Both the position numbers and the translations under genes were made by a program. This document shows, piece by piece, positions 29,536-36,953 of a stretch of DNA of 64,000 nucleotides (its first letter is position 1; each line of letters opens with the position of its first letter). Source of the stretch: Candidatus Ryanbacteria bacterium CG10_big_fil_rev_8_21_14_0_10_43_42 (GTDB taxonomy: Bacteria > Patescibacteriota > Minisyncoccia > Ryanbacterales > 2-02-FULL-48-12); NCBI GenBank assembly GCA_002793915.1, contig PFEF01000003.1:18854-82853 (forward strand), read 5' to 3'. The notes under the pieces are model-generated. The model did no database searches. It saw only the letters and a program-made list of their open reading frames with translations, and had not been told where the DNA came from.

Positions 29536-30646
29536 AGCGGTCGGTTCACTCTCAAAATTATTTTCCGAAGCGCCGGAGCCGTATATTGCATACCGCGCAG
29601 CGGAAAATTTGTTTTGCAAGGCGTTTGAAGCCGAAAACCTTTCGCGTTCGGATGCTTCCGCTGATGCCTCAAAGAATAAAGTCGGTTTCGGAATAAAAAC
29701 ATTTTTGCACAAGAACGGAAAGTCGTTTGAAAAAATTGCCGAATTCAACAGCGACCACTCGCTTTTTCGCGCACTCGGCACCGAAGAAAAAATCAGAAAA
29801 ATTGCAGAGCTTAGAAATGAGCGCATAGAAACGACAAAGCGCATTTTCGGGCTTGAACAAATTATTTACCACTGTATAACGCGGCAGGTCGGAAAAATTC
29901 TTGTCTACGAAACTCCGGCTCCGCTAATTAAAATTGACGAAATAAAAGACCTGAAAGCGAACGGAAACACAATCCAGTTTTCCGACCCGTCCGCAGAGTA
30001 TTCTTTCAATGTTGCAAAAAGCACCCTGTATAAGCGGTTTATTACGCCCGAAAATGTGCTTCTTGAAGTTCCGGTTAGAATTCTTGAGGACCCGTTTGAC
30101 GAGATTGAAAAACTTATAACAGAAGCGGGACTAATTTTTGCTCCGATAAAAGTCCAGCCACATGTATTTCTTCCGCTGTATTCTACGCGGGGAGGAGATA
30201 AAAAGGTTCCTGAAAAAAGCGGACTTAATCAGTGGAACGCGAGTGGCCGTCCCCGCGATCCGAACGAGATTTATATTCCGATACCGGCATGGCTACACAG
30301 AAAATTTCCGAACTTCTTTCCTCCCCGCGACCAAGCATTTGAACTCACTTTGCCCGACAGGGCGACAATGAGCGCAAAAGTTTGCCAAGACAACAGCAAG
30401 GCGTTAATGAGCAATCCAAACTCTGCTCTGGGCAAATGGCTTTTGCGCGATGTTCTCAATCTTTCGGAGCGGGAACTGCTGACTTATGACAAACTTCAGG
30501 CAATCGGGCTTGATACTGTCGTTATCTACAAGACTGATAATCATACTTATGACATTGATTTTACGCGCATTGGGTCATACGAAAAGTTTTTGAATGAAAA
30601 CGGTGAATCCGGCGAGGAGGAAATCTCTGACGATGAGGAGGAATAA
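29480..30646 (+). CDS. Type II restriction endonuclease (NgoFVII-like C-terminal domain)
   Basis: Lies between dcm and vsr. N-terminal D...GIKTF nuclease-like motif and C-terminal KSGLNQWNASGRPRDPNEIYIPIP. Confidence 0.8.
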   Translation: MFIESQSKEQREYYERLLKAVGSLSKLFSEAPEPYIAYRAAENLFCKAFEAENLSRSDASADASKNKVGFGIKTFLHKNGKSFEKIAEFNSDHSLFRALGTEEKIRKIAELRNERIETTKRIFGLEQIIYHCITRQVGKILVYETPAPLIKIDEIKDLKANGNTIQFSDPSAEYSFNVAKSTLYKRFITPENVLLEVPVRILEDPFDEIEKLITEAGLIFAPIKVQPHVFLPLYSTRGGDKKVPEKSGLNQWNASGRPRDPNEIYIPIPAWLHRKFPNFFPPRDQAFELTLPDRATMSAKVCQDNSKALMSNPNSALGKWLLRDVLNLSERELLTYDKLQAIGLDTVVIYKTDNHTYDIDFTRIGSYEKFLNENGESGEEEISDDEEE

Positions 30647-30651
30647 TCGCT

Positions 30652-31050
30652 ATGGACAAAATAACGAGGGAACAACGGAGCCGAAATATGGCGGCTATTC
30701 GGAGCAGAGGAAATCAGACTACGGAAATTGCTTTTTCAAAACTGCTCCGAGCAAACAAAATTACAGGCTGGCGCAGACATAGCCGCCAAGTTTTCGGCGT
30801 TCCCGATTTTATTTTTCAGAAGGAAAAGGTGGCGATTTTTATAGACGGCTGCTTTTGGCACGGGTGTCCGCGGTGTAAAACACAACCAAAAACAAATACA
30901 AAGTATTGGAAACAAAAAATCGCCAACAATCAAAAAAGAGACAAGCAGGTCAAAAAACAACTTATTCGGGACGGGTGGAAAGTTTTTCGGTTTTGGGAGC
31001 ACGAGGTAAAAAAGAATCCGAATCGTGTTATGGACAAGATTGTTTTTTGA
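30652..31050 (+). CDS. vsr: Very-short-patch repair endonuclease Vsr
   Basis: RSRNMAAIRS, GVPDF, FIDGCFWHGC, WKVFRFWEHE. Confidence 0.95.
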   Translation: MDKITREQRSRNMAAIRSRGNQTTEIAFSKLLRANKITGWRRHSRQVFGVPDFIFQKEKVAIFIDGCFWHGCPRCKTQPKTNTKYWKQKIANNQKRDKQVKKQLIRDGWKVFRFWEHEVKKNPNRVMDKIVF

Positions 31051-31186
31051 CCTTTCCGCCGCAAATTTAGGCGAACAGGCAAAAAGGAAGGGGATTGGGG
31101 GGAAGGAATTTTTGCCCGCCCGAGCGTCAGATTTCGTTTCTGCCACGCGAAGCGCGGCAATCGGTCAGATGTTTCGTTCAAAAAAT

Positions 31187-31274
31187 GTTCGAGCAGAGTC
31201 GTATAATTCCACCAGATAGCCCCTCAAAAATCAAAAAGTTTTGTGTTGGTGTATTTATACAACCACGCTCGAAC
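31187..31274. repeat. Imperfect 28-bp inverted repeat with 32-nt spacer
   Basis: GTTCGAGCagaGTcGTATAAtTcCACCA (31187-31214) versus the reverse complement of 31247-31274: 22/28 identical by hand count. Confidence 0.7.
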
Positions 31275-31322
31275 GCATTTTACCAAGAATTAAAAATACC
31301 CGTAAAAAATCCTTTACAAACC

Positions 31323-32723
31323 CTATGCGTTTTCCTGAGCATCAAGAAACACTCCCATCCTGTTCCATTTTTGCCACCTAAGCTCCGACTTGGTGACGAT
31401 TTTTTTTATGCTTTTTAAAAGGGCTTGGTACTCTACCAAATCCATAAAATAGAATAACAGCCACGCAGTTGGTGCCAACAACACCAGATTTCGATGAAAT
31501 TTTACCTTCGGATCAGAAATTATTTGAAGTACTATTACTCCCGTTAGCAGTGTAATGACAAATGCGAGTGGTACAAAGTCATTTGTATAAAACGTATATG
31601 TATAAAAGATTATGAGCAGAATACCCTCGCATAACAGTAAGAGTTCCGCAAAAAGAGCTATCGGAAGAATAAGAAAGCTTAAGTAAGATTTATGCGTCTT
31701 TCTTAAACTAAAAAAAAGACTTCGGTGTTTCCAAAATGTGAGCAACCGACCAAGCTTCCAACGAAGGCGTTGCTTACACAAACTCATAAAATCTGATGGT
31801 CCCTCAGTAAACACATACGCATCGGATGCGTAACGAACATGATACCCGAAAGCTTGTAATCGTGTAGAAATTTCAATATCTTCAGTAATCATATTTACAT
31901 CAAAATTACCGATTTCGGCGAACACGCTTTTTCTGTATGCGGCCGCGGCACCTCCAACTATATACACAGCGTTAAACAGTGAGTCTGCTCGTTTAAAATA
32001 AAAGCCGTAAAGATACTCGAGTTGTTGTATTAAACAAATTGGATTTGATCGATTACCAATGACAACGTTTCCAGCAACAGATGCAACGCGCATATCGGCA
32101 AAGTGTTTTACAATATTCTTAATGGCATTTTTATCCATAATGCTATCTGCATCAACGGTCATAACGATCTCATTAACTGCAACTTCGAGCGCTTTATTTA
32201 ATGCTCGTGCCTTGCCCCCATTTTTAATTTTCAGATAACGAATTTGTACCCCCGAATAAAGATTCTCTTTTTGACACTTGTTCAAAAAATCTGTCACTGT
32301 TTTGTGTGTATTGTCTGTTGATCCGTCATTTACCACCACAAGTTCCATCTTTGGATATTTTGTGTTTAATACGGACTTTATCGTCTTCATAATCCCAACC
32401 TCTTCATTCCATGCAGGAATTATAACCGAAACGCTTGGGAAAAAGTTTTCTTGCCTTCGTATCGATCTGGCGTGTTCAACTACAGAATAAAAAGGTGCTA
32501 TAAGTAACTGTATAAAATATTTTAGGATAATTGGGGCAAATAAAAGCAATACTAAAAATCGAATCGACTCAAACCCTTCAAGGGGTACAAAATCTTTTGA
32601 CCACGCAAAATAAAACACCAGTATTGTTGGTATATAAAGAAATAAAACAAACGACACAACAACTAAGGATTGTTTAAAATTACGGAAACTCATCATATAG
32701 CTTAAGTTACAAATATGACCCAT
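31323..32723 (-). CDS. Processive glycosyltransferase family 2 (PgaC/IcaA-like)
   Basis: IIPAWNEE, VNDGSTD, GGKARALN, VDADS, ITED, KQRLRW, plus TM helices. Start may be ATG about 32697. Confidence 0.9.
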   Translation of the reverse strand: MGHICNLSYMMSFRNFKQSLVVVSFVLFLYIPTILVFYFAWSKDFVPLEGFESIRFLVLLLFAPIILKYFIQLLIAPFYSVVEHARSIRRQENFFPSVSVIIPAWNEEVGIMKTIKSVLNTKYPKMELVVVNDGSTDNTHKTVTDFLNKCQKENLYSGVQIRYLKIKNGGKARALNKALEVAVNEIVMTVDADSIMDKNAIKNIVKHFADMRVASVAGNVVIGNRSNPICLIQQLEYLYGFYFKRADSLFNAVYIVGGAAAAYRKSVFAEIGNFDVNMITEDIEISTRLQAFGYHVRYASDAYVFTEGPSDFMSLCKQRLRWKLGRLLTFWKHRSLFFSLRKTHKSYLSFLILPIALFAELLLLCEGILLIIFYTYTFYTNDFVPLAFVITLLTGVIVLQIISDPKVKFHRNLVLLAPTAWLLFYFMDLVEYQALLKSIKKIVTKSELRWQKWNRMGVFLDAQENA

Positions 32724-33203
32724 TTAATTACTTTTGTCAATAAATATTTATAAATCGCCGAATCAGATCTGGATTAAATAAGTGCAGGTTCCGGCTTCTT
32801 CTCTGCATCTTACCCGGACAATTTGTCGTTCAAATGTTTTTACGCATTCCATTAAACCAATTATATTCGTGTTTTTCAAGCATAAAATCCAACGATCTTA
32901 ACGATTGTATGAGTTTGACTCCCATCCGTAGCACACTTTACAATACTATCTTCATATAGTATCATACAAAAAATTGCCCCCATGGAGGATGCGATGCAAC
33001 CAAAATCAGGGAACCGGAAAAGCGCATGTACTGCGCCTAAACATCCACGGCGTTTAATACGCCATTGGCCGGATAGGGCTCATAAGGTTAGGGTTCACGT
33101 CAGTAATCTACCCCCTGACCTTCGAGATGGCCAGCGTACGTTATGGAAGGAGAGATGCGGCGATGTTGTGTTTGTCTAAATCATTTTAAGAAGGAGGAAA
33201 ATT

Positions 33204-33422
33204 GTGGCCGATAAAATGACGCGACGTCAAGTCATTCAGATGGCTTATGTTGCACCTCTCGTGCTGACTTTACCAGTAACCCCGTCATTTGCCATGACGG
33301 GGTCGGGGGCTCCCCATTCCCGGAGACGTCCCCACATAAACAGACCACGTATAACTGGGAGAAGGAATGTGACAAAAATAGTCACTCAATCACATCCCGG
33401 TAGCCGAGTAGACAGAGAGTAG
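33204..33422 (+). CDS. Small protein with twin-arginine-like leader
   Basis: AAGGAGG SD before GTG, MTRRQVIQMAYVAPLVLTLPVTPSFAMTGS, terminator directly after the stop. Confidence 0.6.
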   Translation: MADKMTRRQVIQMAYVAPLVLTLPVTPSFAMTGSGAPHSRRRPHINRPRITGRRNVTKIVTQSHPGSRVDRE

Positions 33423-33447
33423 GACGTTCCCAGGAACGTCCTTTTTT
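33421..33447 (+). terminator. Intrinsic terminator
   Basis: AGGACGTTCC-CA-GGAACGTCCT followed by a T-run. Confidence 0.75.
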
Positions 33448-34285
33448 ATACGTTTATACCACACAATATAAGTAAATTTTTAAATACATTTGCAACCACA
33501 ATAGGTCCTACGCCGCCGGGCACGGGCGTTATGAGAGCGGCTTTCTTTTTTACCGAATCAAAATCCATATCCCCCCGTAACACTCCCTGCACCGGTGTTG
33601 TGCCTACATCAATGGCGCACACTCCTTCTTGTACCATATCTCCCGTAATAATCCCCGGAGATCCCGCACCTGTAACAATAATATCTGCATTTTTTGTGTA
33701 ATATATGCTGTCTTTCGTATACTTATTTATGGTTGTGATGGTGGCGCCTTCACGCAAAAACCATTCGCTAACCAATTTCCCCACCAGCATACCAGACCCT
33801 ACAACAACAACACGCTTGTCCCGCAATACATACGACGCATCATGGCGCAATAAAATTTCTTTTACCGCTCCCACTACGGGCGGCAGAATAATTGATGACC
33901 CCACATTAAAATCTCCAATGCTCCGGGCAGATAACATATCGACGTCTTTCTCCGGCGTAACAGCATTGAGTACTTTCTGTACGTTTCCTACACTATCCGC
34001 AAGAGGCAACTGTACAATAACGCCATTATTTTCCGGTACATGCACAAGTTCTGAAACGCGATCGCGCAAAGAACGTGCCGACATTGCATTCAGTACCTCA
34101 TCATACACCCGCACATCTACGCCTATTTTTTTGCCAAATTCCTCTTTTTTGCGCACAAATGTCTTTGTTGCCGGATCATGCGTCGTAAGAACAATAGCTA
34201 GTCGTAATTTTTTACGGGACATCTGAATCTTTTCCCGCAGAGTGTCCGCAATATCTGCCGATATTTTTTTGCCGTCAATTATCAT
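33446..34285 (-). CDS. folD: Methylenetetrahydrofolate dehydrogenase/cyclohydrolase
   Basis: IIDGKKI, GVIVQLPL, PEKDVD, IDVG, ITPVPGGVGP. Confidence 0.95.
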   Translation of the reverse strand: MIIDGKKISADIADTLREKIQMSRKKLRLAIVLTTHDPATKTFVRKKEEFGKKIGVDVRVYDEVLNAMSARSLRDRVSELVHVPENNGVIVQLPLADSVGNVQKVLNAVTPEKDVDMLSARSIGDFNVGSSIILPPVVGAVKEILLRHDASYVLRDKRVVVVGSGMLVGKLVSEWFLREGATITTINKYTKDSIYYTKNADIIVTGAGSPGIITGDMVQEGVCAIDVGTTPVQGVLRGDMDFDSVKKKAALITPVPGGVGPIVVANVFKNLLILCGINV

Positions 34286-34344
34286 AGCGTATTACCACCT
34301 TAACCTGTAGATGATTAATTTATATTTTCCCATACCTTTTTCCG

Positions 34345-35523
34345 TTATTGGGCACATTTCCGCACTTCAGCCAAAAGAATGTCGTCAATATTTTTTGCTA
34401 TTCGAATCATATCCTTTTCCCGCATTCCCTGGGTTGTGACGGCGGCCGTACCTAGCCGAATGCCGGAGGGATCAAACGGACTACGAACATCAAACGGTAT
34501 AGTATTTTTATTCACAATAATACCATTCTCCTCTAAGCAATTACTTGCCACTGCTCCCGGCACACCCCGAGACATTGTATCTACCAGCAATAAATGATTA
34601 TCCGTTCCTCCTGAAACAATACGCCATCCTCGCTTCTTTAATTCCCCCGCTAATACCTTTGCATTGGCAACTATATGACGAGCGTATGTTTGAAACGACA
34701 AACGCATAACCTCATGAAGCGCCACTGCAACGGCGGCAATTTGATTTTCATGCGGTCCTCCCTGAAGACCCGGAAATACAGCTTTGTCGATTTTTTTTGC
34801 GTATTCCCGACGTGAAAAAATAAGAGCACTGCGCGGTCCGCGGAGCGTCTTATGCGTTGTCGTTGTTACAACATCCGCGTAAGGAAAAGGCGTTGTATGA
34901 GCGCCCCCCGCAACAAGACCCGCAATATGCGACATATCTACCATCAAAAGCGCCCCGCATGCATCTGCCATAGCGCGGAATTTTTTCCAATCGATTTTGC
35001 GCGGATATGCCGTAAAGCCGGCTATAATAAGTTTTGGTTTTTCCTGTATTGCAATCTTTTGCAATGCATCATAATCCAAGCGTTCCGTTTTTTTATCCAC
35101 TCCATACGGCACCTGCTTCCATATTTTCCCCGTAATACTGACTGCCTGCCCATGCGTTAAATGTCCTCCCATGGGAAGCTCCATGCCCATAATCTTTTCT
35201 CCCGGAGGAACCAATGCCAGATATACCGCAAGATTTGCCGGAGACCCTGAATAAGGCTGTACATTTACCGTCCATTTTTCCGGATTCACCTTAAATGCCG
35301 CGAGTGCTCGCCTTTGGCACAGAACCTCAATATCATCAATAACAGCATTTCCCCCATAGTATCGCTTATGCGGATATCCTTCCGCATATTTATTATTCAG
35401 AACTGATCCAAGAGCTTCAAGCACGTCAGCAGACACATAATTTTCAGATGGAATAAGGTTGATAACGCCTTTTTGACGTTTTTCTTCCGCGTGTATTAAT
35501 TTTTGAATTTCTTTGTCTTTCAT
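34345..35523 (-). CDS. glyA: Serine hydroxymethyltransferase
   Basis: LIPSEN, KYAEGYP, GGHLTHG, TTTHKTLRGPR, SGIRLGT. Confidence 0.98.
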   Translation of the reverse strand: MKDKEIQKLIHAEEKRQKGVINLIPSENYVSADVLEALGSVLNNKYAEGYPHKRYYGGNAVIDDIEVLCQRRALAAFKVNPEKWTVNVQPYSGSPANLAVYLALVPPGEKIMGMELPMGGHLTHGQAVSITGKIWKQVPYGVDKKTERLDYDALQKIAIQEKPKLIIAGFTAYPRKIDWKKFRAMADACGALLMVDMSHIAGLVAGGAHTTPFPYADVVTTTTHKTLRGPRSALIFSRREYAKKIDKAVFPGLQGGPHENQIAAVAVALHEVMRLSFQTYARHIVANAKVLAGELKKRGWRIVSGGTDNHLLLVDTMSRGVPGAVASNCLEENGIIVNKNTIPFDVRSPFDPSGIRLGTAAVTTQGMREKDMIRIAKNIDDILLAEVRKCAQ

Positions 35524-35535
35524 AATGCATGATTA

Positions 35536-36171
35536 TTATTCCGCCTGGTTATTCAATAATTCAATCAATTTATGTTTTGGAAGCGCTCCCGTGCGCAGTA
35601 TCCGAGGCGGCGATACCATAAAATCAATTACCGCCGATGGGCTATTGGGTGGCAGATCACCGGCATCTACAATAAGATCAGGCTCCATTCCTCCTTCAAA
35701 TTCATCAATAACATCTCCAATCTTCGTGTATGGTCCACGTCCCGATGTATTCGCACTTGTACCAGTAATGGGAGACCCGAATGTTTCCAGAATTTTTTTA
35801 ACAAACGGATGAAATGGAATACGAACGCCCACCGTCAAACTTCCGCCTCTCAAGGAAAGCGGTACCCATCCCCGTGCAGGCAATATTGCCGTTACCGAAC
35901 CAAACGATTCTATGCGTTCTTTTAGTGACTCATTAGCAACAGCAACTTTATCCATCATAGTAAAGTCTGATACAAAAATGGGCAGTGCCTTTTCAGCCGT
36001 ACGCATTTTAATTTTGAATATACGGTCTATCGCTTTCTCGTTCCATGCATCGGCGATGATGCCGTATACGGTATCCGTAGGAACGATGACAACACCTCCG
36101 TTTTTAATAATCCGTATTGTCTCCAAAACTGCAGAGACTTCGTGAGTCGCATCAAGAGGAATAATACGCAT
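35536..36171 (-). CDS. tsaC: L-threonylcarbamoyladenylate synthase (TsaC/Sua5 YrdC domain)
   Basis: VPTDTVYG, KMR..EKAL, VGVRIP, GTSANTSG, ILRTGA. Start at MRIIP. Confidence 0.93.
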   Translation of the reverse strand: MRIIPLDATHEVSAVLETIRIIKNGGVVIVPTDTVYGIIADAWNEKAIDRIFKIKMRTAEKALPIFVSDFTMMDKVAVANESLKERIESFGSVTAILPARGWVPLSLRGGSLTVGVRIPFHPFVKKILETFGSPITGTSANTSGRGPYTKIGDVIDEFEGGMEPDLIVDAGDLPPNSPSAVIDFMVSPPRILRTGALPKHKLIELLNNQAE

Positions 36172-36181
36172 AGCTCTTCTA

Positions 36182-36871
36182 TTATACCATATTCCGCAAC
36201 ATGTCTTCTGCACGCACCACATCTTCGGGGTATCCTATTACAATCCACTGCGAAGACCGCACCGTATGAAACGTATGTCCATCCTCAAGCATTGCCATAA
36301 TTCTGTCCGGAATATATTCTTCTCCATCACGAGGTTGAGCAACATAAGAAAAAATGGCATTACTCAATAAAAGAACTCCCGAAGATACAAGGTTTGATTT
36401 TGGCTTTTCAGGCTTCTCATCAATACGAACTATCCTTCCTTCACTGTCTGTTTCTATAACACCAAATTTTCTCGGATCATCAACTTCATCAATCAGCAAG
36501 CACGGTGACCCTTTTTCTACACATGCACGAACACCTTCCTTTCCATGAATATCATCCGCATACATTACCATAAACAATGGTTCATTTTTTAAAAACTGCT
36601 CGCACAAAGCCAGTGCCGCCGCCGTACCTCCCGGCTTTTTCTGTTCAATATATGTAATGGGCCGTCCCCGCCATGAATCTCCCAAAAAATCTTCTATCTG
36701 ATTTCTCTTATAACCCACAACCAAAATAAGTTCCGTGATGACATCGGGAAGCACATCAAGCTGATACTCCAGGAGTGTGCGCCCTAAAACACGTACCATC
36801 TGTTTTGGCATTGTTTCTGTAAGCGGACGCATGCGACGCCCCTCTCCGGCTGCTAATATCACTGCCTTCAT
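36182..36871 (-). CDS. Sugar-phosphate nucleotidyltransferase
   Basis: KAVILAAGEGRRMRPLT..PK, GTAAAL, FGVIE, EKPEKPKSNL. Confidence 0.9.
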   Translation of the reverse strand: MKAVILAAGEGRRMRPLTETMPKQMVRVLGRTLLEYQLDVLPDVITELILVVGYKRNQIEDFLGDSWRGRPITYIEQKKPGGTAAALALCEQFLKNEPLFMVMYADDIHGKEGVRACVEKGSPCLLIDEVDDPRKFGVIETDSEGRIVRIDEKPEKPKSNLVSSGVLLLSNAIFSYVAQPRDGEEYIPDRIMAMLEDGHTFHTVRSSQWIVIGYPEDVVRAEDMLRNMV

Positions 36872-36953
36872 AAAAATACCTTACTGATATAACACAATTT
36901 GTATCATAAACCCTCCAAGAAAAAAAGCCCTCGCATGAGTATTCATCTCCGCC

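Larger units (their letters stand above)
26343..32940. mobile_element. Putative tRNA-Leu-anchored genomic island (no integrase gene inside)
   Basis: Accessory cargo (PHP, NTase, R-M, GT2), a gene truncated at the tRNA edge and a degenerate tRNA 3'-end copy at 32907-32940. Confidence 0.6.

Noticed and set aside
32982..33179. 65-aa ORF upstream of the twin-arginine peptide
   Set aside because: No recognisable motif; it may be real but cannot be supported from sequence alone.
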